In this document: positions 36,959-58,695 of the stretch, piece after piece | How the letters are laid out: each line of letters opens with the position of its first letter | Numbering within the stretch: position 1 is the stretch's first letter | NCBI GenBank assembly: GCA_015680685.1 | Contig: MNCI01002996.1 | Location: 619,472 to 683,471, forward strand | Reading direction: 5' to 3' | Source of the DNA: Gnetum montanum | Lineage: Eukaryota; Plantae; Gnetophyta | Length of the DNA: 64,000 nucleotides | The notes under the pieces: model-generated | What the model saw: the letters and a program-made list of their open reading frames with translations, nothing else | Databases searched by the model: none | What the model was told of the DNA's origin: nothing | Program-made: the position numbers and the translations under genes

Positions 36959-37868
36959 TGATGAGTGGCGAGGTACCCCTACACTCAACCATATGAAACA
37001 AGCGTAGCACGCGCGATCCGGTTGAACTCCATAGACTAAATGCCTAAATGTCGCAAGGAACACTTGGGGTTAATTAATCGTTGTCTTCCCAGACTTACTT
37101 GTTGTTGTCACAGTGTATGGTTAAGTAAGTCCTAGGTATATGATTTTTTTGGTCTTTTATGGTTTATCTCCTATGCTAAAGGGTGAAGGGTTGAGAGACT
37201 AAAACTAACTCTAACTACGGAGCTAAGTCCTAGCGTCAGCATCCGTTCCCACTTGCCGTACACACCCTGAACTGTGCAACTGTGGCTACCAAACGCTAAT
37301 CGTTACTGGGATTACCACACGTAACGCACGTGCACAAAGCGGTCATACTTAGGCACCTAACTAGCCTAAGTGTGACAAGTAGCTGATTCCTTGACTAGTC
37401 GTACACATCTGTAGATGCTCATAATCAATTCATACTTGTCCCACGTTCTAGGAGATAAGGGTGAGAGAATCTAATCACGATGAGTAGCCGATTCCTTGGC
37501 TAGCCGTACACATTCGTCAATGCTCGTAACCAAGTCGTACTCATGCCGCGTTACTAGGAAAGCAATAAATAACATTAAATAAACCTATCCATGTACTGCA
37601 AGGTTTATCCACAAAGCTCATCTTTATTGCCGTACACAACTTGCGTTCAGGTACAAAGCTGCTCGAATAAAGAACCGTTCACTTGGAGGACTCCTAACGC
37701 AGGCACATGGAAAATATTCTATCTCTGGGGTGATCAATCTGCCAGAGCTTCGCTACTTCTAGCCTATGATTAGAAATGAGGGGAGTGCCGCCTCTTATTT
37801 ATAGATTTGGCGGCGGACCGTGATATCGCGTACGCGATATCGCGGCTTGTGCATATCGCGTCTCATCA
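36959..37868 (-). mobile_element. Solo LTR (910 bp)
   Basis: TGATGAG...CTCATCA termini and TSD atgac (36954-36958, 37869-37873). Confidence 0.95.
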
Positions 37869-40689
37869 ATGACCATCCAAAGGGCTATTACCTAGTTATG
37901 TTACATGTACAAGAGTTTAGGGCTTCTACTTTAAATCCCAAGTTCATACAAAAGTAAAAGCCTTGAAAATTACCTTACTCATAGGGTAATTATAGACAGT
38001 CCTACAACCAATCGTACTATTCTAGTGGGACTTCTTATCAACCTCAAAAATACTATCACTCATAGTGGCAAAACCCATAGTCATGGGGGATGCTATCAAC
38101 AAACCAACAATACCCTTATTGCCAATTAGACCTATATGACTACTATGTTCAACAAATTGTTTCTCCAAATGGTTCTACTTCCTTCACCTCAAATCACCAA
38201 CTCTCCCAAATATCATCAACTCATAGCATCTTTTGTGGGATCACCATCTCAAACCTCTTATCCTTTGTGACATCCTCAATATTCTCATACTTCCCTCTAC
38301 CATATGTCACCAACAACAACATAAGAAGAATTGATATCACAACATCAATGGAAGAATGCCACTTGTGTTGCAAACCTATATGTAAATGATAATGCTAGTA
38401 GATTTCAACCACAATCTCAAAAACATCCTTTCCTTAGAACAATTTCGACATCTGAGCACAAAACTCATAGACCTACTAGCTCATCAAAACCAACACAAGG
38501 CTAACCTGGTGCAACATCCTTCCTCACCAAAATAATGTCTCCCAATCCTATGGAAGAGCCAACATCCATGACCACTCCAATGCAAAATGTGATAGATTAA
38601 CCTATCACTATGGAGAGATAGGCAATTCCATTCCTCACTAATAATGATAAAGAGTGTAATTGTTGGCTGGAAGTTCAAAATATTAACACAATCTTGATAC
38701 CAACCCACAATAGATGCGAAAAACAAGTGTGTGGACAAACAGAAGCATGGGCCACTAAACCAAAAGACACTTGGTAACTACAAACTAAGAATCTAAAAGT
38801 TTCTAAAACATGCATGGAAATATCTAAACCACTTATTAACTCTTATTCTAAGAAAATGATCCCAACTGAGAGCTCACAAATGGAAATATTAAATCATAAT
38901 CATACATCATTAGATAGAGGAAATAAAAACTTAAATGATCAAAATACAACTACCATCACAATTAACTAGGACGATAACCAAATGACTAAGTCACTAAGGA
39001 TAGTAAGTGAGAAACCTTAAGCATATGATCTAGGAGAACTAGGGTTCATTTTCCAAGTACTTGCCCATGAGTTCAACCGTGGGGGAGATACCTATCATGA
39101 TTAAGGAATTAATAAGTGTTTTTCAACTTTTTTGTTTTACAATTTCTTTTTAATTTCTAAGTTTTTGTTATGCCTTTTCACATTTCTTACCAATTTCCAC
39201 ATTCTTTGATCTCTTTTCATTCTTTTATATTTTTTCCATTTCTTAAACCATTTGCAATTATTTGATATTTTCTGCTTCTTTTTAATATATTTTCATTTTT
39301 AATATCTTTTACAATTTTTCATACTTTGTTTACATGCTACTTATACATATTTCTATGAATTTTGAATAAAGCAAGATGTAGTCCAATAAGGTGAAGATTT
39401 CTCTATGTTATAAAGTCATAAGGAACTGATTATTTGTACAGTGAGACCACAACATTCATCCATCCATTCCATTAATAAGAGGTTCTTACCATGGCCATAG
39501 TGATATTCTTTCCATTATAAAACTAAGAATAAACTTGTGATCGTTATGCTTGGATCGAAAAGAAACGAATCTAGTGGGAATGAAAATAGTGTGGCAATAA
39601 GGGAATTTTTGGATTCTCTTGGATTACTACTGTGAATTCTATCTTGTTGCTTAGGCTATATTATATCCTTGTAGATCTAACAAAAAATGAAAGCAAGAGT
39701 ACAATAAGTGTTATCTTACCATGTCACTAGAAAGACATGTTAACCATGCTTAAAGATAGTCCTCTAGTAAGGTTGACACATTTAAAAATAAAATAAATGC
39801 ACAAGAGTAAATTTCTAGGGGTCCCATTGGAAAGACATGTTAGTCATGCTTGAAGGTAGGTGGCTTCTCAAGAATCTAAAAAAATCATACGAAGTGCAAT
39901 GAACAAACTCCTTCCTTGGACAATACGCCAAGTGGTAATACTCCTTGCAATAGTGGTAGTTTTATGGCTATAAATCCAAGAGATGAAACAATGCGATGTG
40001 AGTGGAAAGTGGTTTGAATCTTGGAAAGAAGGGCTAATGATTACTTTAACCAATAATAAAACACAAGAATTCATTATGCCTATGGTAAGATAGCTCATGT
40101 TTTAAGTTTAGTAATCCTTTTTCTAGTCCATCTCACCTCATTGTATATTTAATCATAACTTGTGATTTTGTATAATATAGCGTTATGTTCCCAATCAAGT
40201 GATACTAACATGTGTGTTCTACTAGACAGGTATGTCTTTCATTCAACTCCTTGAGTGCCTAAGGACACTTTAGGCATAGTTATACAAGGGCATTAAGGGT
40301 TGGAGCTTGCTTTGGGGAGGATCCACTTGTGTAACTCCTGTATTTCATACTTTCTAAGTAATTCCACATCATCTTATGCCTTCTAAAACATCTAATAAAC
40401 TTTCCATATCATCTAATAATATGTTCGTACTTCAGAAATTCATTATCCATTTCTTATCCATACATAAAGTTTTGTTGCCTGAGATTCCTTCTTCATGAAC
40501 CTTGAACACTAACTTGTTAAAAACTTTGCATCATGCATGGCCCATGATCATCTAGACAAGCTTTATATCTTCCAGATATTCCATTTGATGTAATTTTTCC
40601 AAGAAAAATCACTGAAAAATTTGAAATTTTTTAATGGTGACATTGTAGCTACGATGTCATATCTACAATGTATGATCTATGATGTCATG

Positions 40690-41730
40690 TGATGAGTGGC
40701 GAGGTACCCCTACACTCCACCATACGAATACGAGCGTACACGCGCGATCCGGTCGAACTCCGCAGACTAAATGCCTTAACGCCACAAGAAACACTTGGGG
40801 TTAATCGTTCGTTGTCTTCCCAGGCTTGCTTGTATGTGTCACGGTGTATGGTTAAGCAAGTCTGAGGTATGTGATTTTTTTGGTATTTTCGGCTTATCTT
40901 CTATGCTACCAGGAGAAAGGGTTGAGAAAACTAAACTAACTCTAACTAAGATCTAAGTCTAAATTAACTAGCGTCAGCATCCGTTCCCACTTGCCGGACA
41001 CACCCTGAACTATGCAACTGCAGCTTACCAAACGCTAATCGTTACTGGGATCGCCACACGTAACGCAAGTGCTCGAAGTGGTCGTACTGAGGCACCTATT
41101 TAGCCTACGTGTGATAAGCAGCCGATTCCTTAGCCAGCCGTACACACCCGTGGGTGCTCGTAACTAAGTCGTACTTATCACACGATCTAGCCTAGCAATG
41201 AGCAGCCGATTCCTCAACTAGCCGTACACATTAGACCCTGGAGTTACCAAGCGCAGAATCCTGGAATACGCTACTGGGTTACCAAGCAGCCAATGCTCGT
41301 AATTGAGTCGTACTCATGCATTGCGTCAAGCAGCCGATTCCTTGACTAGCCGTACACGTCCGTAGACGCTCGTAATCAAGTCGTACTTGAACGCACTAGG
41401 AAAGCAGTAAATGAAAGCAATAAATAAAACCACGTGCTGCAAGGTTTATCCAATCAAGTTCGTCTTTATTGCCGTACACAACTTGGGTTCAGGTTACAAG
41501 TTGCTCGAATAAAGAGCCGTTCACTCTAGGACTCCTACTGCGGGCACATGGGGAAAAATTCTAACTCTGGAGTGATCAATCTGCCAGAGCTTCGCTACAC
41601 TAGCCAGGATTGGGAAATGAAGGGAGTGCCGCCTCTTATTTATAGAAATGGCGGCGCGACGCGATATCGCGTACGCGATATCGCAGGAGAAGACGCGATA
41701 TCGCGGCCTAGTGTAAACCGCGTCTCATCA
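40690..41730 (-). mobile_element. Solo LTR (1041 bp), CpG-rich, probably young
   Basis: TGATGAG...CTCATCA termini and TSD tcatg (40685-40689, 41731-41735). Confidence 0.95.
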
Positions 41731-44700
41731 TCATGCATATAAAAATAGTATATGTACATGCAAGAGTTAGTGAAATTTTTCATTTTTCTCATTTGTAGCA
41801 ATAAAAATTTTTGTAATATTTCCTTAGAACTCTTGCACACTAGCTTCCAAACACCATAATTTCACCCTTATAGCTCCAATTTCCAAAATTCTTAAATCTT
41901 GTTAATCCTAGAGCGCTCAACTAGTCACAGCGGGGGGTGTTGGGGTGGGGCGCAAGGAGGGTGTTCATTGCATGATATAAGCAATTTGAAAATTTGAGCC
42001 AAAAATTCCTAATACCCAGAAGATATTATAAAGGGTAAGTTCAAAGAGATAATAAGAATCTTAAAGTTAATAAATCAAACTAAGGCCAGAAAGATTTAGA
42101 TAATACTTCTAATAGACCATATCAATTATTTTAGGCCATAATAAGCAAGAAAACGATAAGAATGTCATAAGTAACTAAAAGATATAACAACTAAGGGATT
42201 CCTTTTTTGTAAATTTTTCCAACTCTACAATTATAATAGGATAAGAACTTGATCTAACCACGGGTATGAGTAAGGTAAAGAGCTACTAAGAATTGATAGG
42301 AACACACTAATAATTTCAAACCCTTGTTGATTATAGATGGCCTCAAAGAGACCACTAGAAGGAGAACCTTCACAATATGGAAGTTGTAAAGATGCAACTT
42401 CAAGCATCTCCTTTATGGCCTACACTAACCAACAATAGAGAATGGTACTTAGGAGAAATGTATCAATTTTGGTGAAATAAACAGGCCGATGCATTAGTTA
42501 TAACCGACAGAGTCTCTGTGCCATACTCAATAGAGGGAGCAAATGGTAAAGAAGACAAAAACAAAAGAGGAAAAACTTCAGGCACTTCTAAATAGATATT
42601 AATTCATGAAGCTTAACAACAAAGGGAAGATGCTCATGGAAGAGCCACCATCACTTGAAATGCAAACTACATCGAGCCACCTTAAATTTTATTTTTGTTT
42701 TTTCATGTAACTATGTCATTTTTTATACATATCACTGTGGCACTTAGAGTCAGTCAATAATCCCACACCTTTCCAATATTTTGTAAAAAACTTGTTCCTC
42801 CTTTTGTTCACTCAAGGATGAGTTTTCATTCAGTCATGGGGCTATGATAAATCATGTTTTTCATAGGCTAAAATATCAGATCCCTAATATCAAAGCACAT
42901 ACTATGTCATCAGATATCCAATATCATAGGATGCATGCCTGCCTATAAATATAGCACTTGGGGGCATGATCCAAATAAGTTTCATTCCATCCTTAGGTAG
43001 ACTCTTGTAGTTTGTTTTTGTAGCTTTAGCAATAGAGTGAATGCCCATAGTGTGATGTTGAGTAGTTATACTAAATCTTTATTTGAGTGAAGTGTACTTA
43101 GGCACAGTTCATGTCTGGAAATAAATATCGAGATTACTTTTCATCATTGTAGCATCCACTTAGTTTTTACTATTTTACTTAGCATAGTTTTTACTATTTT
43201 CTTAGTTTCATCATTTACATTTCCAAGTATTTTAATTTTCTTCTTCATTAGTAAAGCAGAATGAGTATGATTAGTTTCAAGCATTTAAGTGTAATCGTTT
43301 GGTAATCTTAGTAGTGTTATAGCTTGGTTTGCCTAGTAGCATAATGCTTGGTAACTTAGTAATGGTTACATGAGCCTAAGGCATGTATGGTAAGCCAAGA
43401 TCAAACGCTCATCACTCTAGGCTAGAGTAGATTTACCTTACTATCATTACTTAGACTTAGGACTAAATTTCATTCCCAATTATGTTTATTGTTAAGAGTA
43501 ATCAAGGCCTAACAACATCAATTAACATATGTCTCACTTTGGACTAAACCATATGTGAAAAAGCTACCACTAGTCCAAGTGGGAAGATAACATCCTACAA
43601 TCAATGCTTAACAATTTAGATGCACAACTATTCCCATCCATGGAATTCAACCAGATCATGTGTGAGCATTTGTGATTCATATGGTTGGGTTTAGGAGTAC
43701 TCACTGCTCATCACTCAAGATGTTAGTAGTGAGGTTATAGCCAAGACCTAATGGTCTTACTTTATGTCACTTAGGATAATTTGATGTTAGTAGTGAGGCC
43801 ATACTAAGACCTATCAGTTGTTATGGTAATAAGGATATACCAAAACCAGTGCTCTAAGAGACCACCAAACCATACATATAGTGCAATTAATGCATAATGC
43901 ATTTTTCTCGGCATCCGATGCTCCAAGAAGAACTAACCCATAATGCATAGCACAATAAGCACATAATTATAATATCCTTAACAACCAATGCCCTAAGGGA
44001 TCATAGATCACAAGCATGCATATAGCACACCTATGGTAGCTAACACATTCATACTTAGTGTATAGGATGATATCATTGACATTAGTAGTCATAACAAAAT
44101 TAGTGCCTACGGGTCTTTTATGAAATTGAAACTAATATTATGTCTACTAGGATCCTTTAAATTATCAAATTAGTTTCAAAATTCCTTTTATGAATTTTTT
44201 TTCAATTTAATTTATAACTTAGTGCTATCCATTAGGATCAAACTTATGACCTAGGTTTGCTAAGCTAAGGCTCTTACTACTAAGCTAACACTTCATTGTT
44301 AGTGCTAGTGTATGCTAACTCATATGCAGCCCTAGGTCACTAATCTTTTAAAGGATAGAACCATGCATATTTGTATGCCCCAAGATCTCATACAAATCAT
44401 AGGCTTTCCTTATACTCTTCCACTCTTAATATGAAGACTGATACAAGAGCCTTGCTAATGCATCATAGTGATGGTTAACCCAACTCCTCCGAACTACCCC
44501 ATTAGCAACTAGTCCACATCCTCATGTTAGCTCCACTATCCCATGTATGCACATAACATATCATATCACATCAAACCTAGCCAATGACCTTAAGAATCAT
44601 GTGTTGCATGCATTGTCTCTATCCTTACATCACATATTATGACTTCCATCCATAATCACACATACTCATAATAGTAATCCCAAAACTACAATCAAATCCA

Positions 44701-47501
44701 TAATCAACTAAGACAAGTTGCTAAGCCATGCATAATATAACAAAAAACACCATCCCAACTCCATGGCAAGATAATTTTTCTAGCATAACCATTGCAACTT
44801 GAGATGGCTTGCATCCCACACGTAGCACCTAGTTTCTTATTGAGCATGACCCTAGTGCAACTCGTGCTAGTTGTTGTACCTACTTTGAATTTTTTTGCAC
44901 AAGTCACAAACCTAGGTACATTCTAAGGCTTAATAATGCTTAAGGCCATCCTTAGCAATCCAAATTCAGCATCTTATGTCATTTGCAATGTAGTTTCTGG
45001 ATTTCTATTTCTAGCTTGCTAGAAATGATGTTTTGCATCATTAGTAGCATCATTTCAACTCTTCTTTTAGTTTCAATGTCTGACATCAACTTCAACATCA
45101 ATTCTATTTCCAACTTTTGACATCTAGCATCTCCTATTAACATCTGGTGTCAAATCTCACTTTTTCACAACATTAACTCTTCAATGTCCAATGTTAATCC
45201 TACATTCAACATTTGACATCAACTTTTATAGCTATACATTGATTCTTCTATCTAGAACCTTTTAGAAGATTCTATGGGACCCACTACTTCTTTTCTATGT
45301 AATCTATGAAGCATTTTTGGCTTATAAATAGGGAGGGTACCCCTAAACAAAAAGGGGTTAGCTTTTTAAACTTCCAATTAATGTTTTCAACTAGCACTTG
45401 TAGGACTCTTCAAATTTCTCCCTCTTTGTTATTTAGCACAGTTAGCATTCTTGCAATTGAAAATTTGGAAAATATTTTTTCCAAACACTCTATCTCTCTA
45501 TAGAATAATTGTCCTTTCTCTCTCTTCTTCTTTTGTTAATGCATTGTATCTCATTTGTGTTGTTCTCCTAACACAGAGAAATCACTTGGAATTGGGTCAA
45601 CACACCAATCTAATCCTTTCCTCTATTTTGTTAATTGTTGGATCTACTATTGTTCTTGATAGATTTGCATTAGGTACATGCATTGGAAAAAGAATGGGAA
45701 TCCTTGGTACATGTTTCGAAACATCTCTTAGCAGGTTCCTTCTATTACTTGCTTTATAATATGGATTTTTCCTTTTTCAATTTTCTGTTCTTGTGTTTTA
45801 TCTAGATCTACTTCAAATTTATTTCTAGCATTTACCTTTTAGGTTTAGCATACTAGATCTGTCTCATTCTAGACACTTTTTGTATTTTCATACACATATA
45901 CACTTGTTCATCTTTCTCACACTATTTAGAACTCTAGTCCATCCCACTTTGCGTTATACACATTTCTTTGCTCATTTTCTACTAGCTATTCCATGCATGT
46001 GTTTCTTTGTTACTTTCAATTTTCTAACATTTGGCAACAACCTTTGGCTCAAATTGTCAAATTTTTTCCACAATTTGCAAGTCCCCTTTTGATTTGAAGG
46101 AAATTATTCAAAAGTTTAGTTTTCCTAGACTGTTAGGTGGCCATGGGATTTCCTGGCTCAATTTTGTGTTAGGTTGTATTGAATTCCATTATTACAACAA
46201 TTTCTACTACAACACTAGCCTTGCACTAGGCATCTTGAGTTGGCCGCAACTACACCAACTACTTGTCTTGTACTTAACAGTAAGTAATTGTCAAAAATTA
46301 AAACCAACATGACCCTTCCACGAGTGTACCATGCCTCACACTACGTTCTAAACACATGATCATGACCATCCTGCCCTTAGTCTAATTCTGGATTAAACTC
46401 ACAATCAATTATAATAGAAGTTGAAAGTCTAGCATGACCCCAATGCAAGTGCACCATGCCTCACACTTCTTGTTGGGGTTGCAACCATATTGTGCAAGCT
46501 TCGCAACTCAAACTCAATGTAAAATATCACCAATATACATCACAACCTTAGTGTAGCAAAGCTATGACTAACACAAAGGTTAGCAATCAAGGTTTTACCA
46601 TAACATTGAGTAAGGTGCCTCCCAAAACGTAACCATGTGTATGTTCATAACATCATACATGCACCATAACACATGCCAACTATTCATATGACTCTAACAT
46701 GCACACACACTAATCATCATAGTATTATAACATGACTAGCCAAACAATATGAACTCATAATCACATAACATGATATGCCAAACAACACTAATAGTACTCT
46801 CAAAAATATATAATTATAGTATGTAATTTAAGATCTCACTTGTCTGATTCTCAACCTTCCCCCACAACCATCATACTGTGCAAGCCACAAGCATCCTACT
46901 ACACACCTAGCAAGATTACTATGCATAGTCATGGTAAATCATAATCTTATACATAATATCATGGGACCTTAGAAATTATATCATCAAAATAATATAACTA
47001 ACTATGCACCCCATGATTCCCAAGTAAATATAAATGTGAAATGGTAACAAGATTTGGCTAGAAAGGCAAATCAACCCTCAAATGTGTTGGTCCATTTAAG
47101 AAAACAAAGAAAATTGAAAAAATAGCTTACAAATTAACCTTGTTGCCAAGTCTAGAAGGAATTCACAATGGTTTCCATATCTCCCTCAAAAAATGTGTTA
47201 GATAGAAGTCATGTTATACCATGGCAAGAAAGAGACATGCAACCAAATATTGCTCATCAAGAATATCCTATTAGATATATATATGGAGAGAAAGACACTT
47301 GTGGAGTAGAGTTATTCCAATGATGAAGATGCTCTAGGAACAACATGGAACCTAGGAAGCAACGTGGAAAACTAAAGCACATATGAGGGCTAAATTTTCT
47401 AACATTTTCAAGAAGACAAATTCATTACATACACTCATAGCTTGCATCTCTCAAAGTAAGAAAAATTCTCTAAAGCAATTCTTGAGGATTCACAAGATTG
47501 T

Positions 47502-47949
47502 TGATGAGACGGGATATGCACAAGCCGCAATATCGCAGTCCGTCGCCAAATCTATGAATAAGAGGCGGCACTCCCCTCATTTCTAATCATAGGCTAGAAG
47601 TAGCGAAGCTCTGGTGGATTGATCACCCCAGAGATAGAATATTTTCCATGTGCCCACAGTAGGAGTCCCCCAAGTGAACGGTTCTTTATTCGAGTAGCAT
47701 TGTACCTGAACGCAAGTTGTGTATGGCAATAAAGATGAGCTTTGTGGATAACCCTTGTAGTACATGGATAGGTTTATTTAATGTTATTTATTGCTTTCCT
47801 AGTAGCNNNNNNNNNNNNNNNNNNNNNNNNNNNNNNNNNNNNNNNNNNNNNNNNNNNNNNNNNNNNNNNNNNNNNNNNNNNNNNNNNNNNNNNNNNNNTG
47901 CTACGCTTGTTTCGTATGGTTAAGTGTAGAGGTACCTCGCCACTCATCA
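47502..47949 (+). mobile_element. Solo LTR containing an assembly gap (N 47807-47898); inverted close relative of 36959-37868
   Basis: TGATGAG...CTCATCA termini and TSD attgt (47497-47501, 47950-47954). Confidence 0.93.
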
Positions 47950-47954
47950 ATTGT

Positions 47955-48400
47955 GGTTGGGATTTTCAAGAAATGCATTAGTTGAGAAAATGGAATATCT
48001 TTTGGAAGGAAGTGCAACAAAACCCTAAGCATATTTGCTAGCTAGTCCAACAAATTTTTTTAACATAGTTGTGGTCTAATGTAGAAGGCAAGAAACAATT
48101 TTGTTTACATCACATTAGATGTGATAAACTAGATGCATAAGCTCAACTATTCTTAATCAAATATCAAAGTGCCATCAATAAGCTTTGCTTAAGTTCACAT
48201 CATCCTAGAATTGAAAGTGGAAGATGGATTCAACTTGCCCAAGAAAAATGCCCTTGTTAGTTGTGTAGGTTAAGAGCTCTTAAAGATGAGTTGCATGTGT
48301 TTCTTTTTGTACTAAGACTATCCATTTGAGGCAACTTTATAATGTTGGAACAAAACACTTCTATGATTTGTTTTTGTTGCCCCCATTGTTGCTTGGTCAA
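47955..48400 (+). mobile_element. Non-LTR retrotransposon (LINE) 3' relic, probably continuing upstream of the solo LTR
   Basis: AINKLCLSSHHPRIESGRW..CPC*LC..KDELHVFLFC resembles the LINE ORF2 C-terminal 'RLSSH.L..E.GRW..C..C..EDE.H' segment. Confidence 0.55.
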
Positions 48401-49916
48401 TTTGGAGAGCCTATCTTCATTTTTCTTGAAAATGTAATGTCTATCTAATAGATCTTGTGAGTCTTTAGATGTGATAAAGCTTTGCTAATTACCCTTTGTT
48501 AATTACATCCATATAAACTCATCAAGTTGGATTGATTTGTTGCTCACATATAATATTTTACTCTACATGTATTATCATTATTAACATGTATCATTATTAA
48601 AGCCCTTAACCAATTAATTTTATGATAATCTTTTAAAGTAAAATTCATTTTATGATAAGCTAGTATAATTAAAAACATTTTACAAAGAAAAAATATGCAA
48701 AGTCTGGATAATACAATAAGTTTACCATGATCTTTTAAAGCAGAGAATTAGCATTTTATGATGATGAAGTATAAACCATGAAATGTTCGGTATTTTACAG
48801 GCGAATAGCTATTATTCTCTATATCTATCAGAATATGTACATAAACCATCATAAGCACCTGAACTTCTCCAAAAATCAGACGTGAAACATGTAGAATATT
48901 ATTTTTACAAAAAAAACAGGAGTTAGAGCATGATGCAAGCATAAATCTTCCAAAATCTTGCAGGGGAATTTTCACGTTGGGAATTATATCGAACTGCCGC
49001 AATTGCCATTCGCTTTGGAGATTGATTCAGGTATCTCGGGATGGAATTTCACTGCCACGCGATTGTATTTTTGCAATTTCATTGTATTTTACCGAAGAAC
49101 ACAAGCTCTAAGATAACGAAATTATGAATAATACCATTAAATGCACTCACAAATTGTGAATAATATCATTAAATATATACAAAAACTGTTCGATTTTACA
49201 TTGCCATATACTACGGTCGGGTCAAGGCTTATGTTTTTTTTAAAAAAATTATATTTTTTAAAAAAGTTTCTATGCATGCTTCCAAGGTAACATAGGTACT
49301 GGTACCAATATTCAGATCATGCTTTCTGGTCAAGGCTTTTGTTAAGTGAGCAGAGAAAAGATACCAATAGACACATTCATACAAACAGATCAATTAGAAT
49401 TTACCATGTAGAGTTGATAGCAATTATAAACTTAAATAACATATTTAAAAGATAATTATCTGCATTTGTTTATGCTGTATAAAATTATGGAAGGCTACGC
49501 AGGCGTTCGATGGTTAGAAGATGGTCTACATCAATGTATTAATGAAATTATGTAAAAAAAATTAACAATCCTAACTTAGACCTGGAAATTGTTGTGGAAA
49601 TGGTGTCAGCAGAAAAAATTGGAACTCATAAAAGAAACTCCAGCCGTTTCAATACTTAAGGGTTTTTAAAATTTTTTACAATTATAAAAATATTTTGTAA
49701 AAAAATTCTAAAATTAGTTTGATTCAACAAATCTAAGAGAATCTGTTCTATTTCAATTTTCGTAGATACTAATAAATGTTTAACTTTTATTTTTTAAATT
49801 CAACTGATGATTTTAAGTTGCTTATAACTGTTTTTAAAGACACCATATAGAAAACTGAATTCCACCCCGGTCGGATCCTCGAATTCTTTTCTGCAGCCAA
49901 GGGAAGGAATGTCCCT

Positions 49917-58695
<8,779 letters not shown>

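Larger units (their letters stand above)
36857..43713 (+). mobile_element. 3' internal region plus 3' LTR (42845-43713) of an Athila-like element, interrupted by two solo LTRs
   Basis: Colinear with 2606-7041 once 40690-41730 is removed. LTR runs TGATAA...CTCATCA. Confidence 0.8.

Noticed and set aside
36958-37010. ctgatgag...gaaac resembling a hammerhead ribozyme core (retrozyme)
   Set aside because: The leading C belongs to the TSD and is absent from other copies. tgatgag is simply the LTR terminal inverted repeat, and stems I-III cannot be formed.
37591-37773. Conserved 60-aa ORF (also 47583-47765)
   Set aside because: Antisense frame inside two closely related LTRs; the conservation reflects recent common ancestry.
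43714-47050. Probable further decayed LTR-retrotransposon sequence (TATA at about 45324, short direct repeats at 43719/43783 and 46308/46432)
   Set aside because: No termini, TSD or coding motif that I could establish, so it is not annotated.
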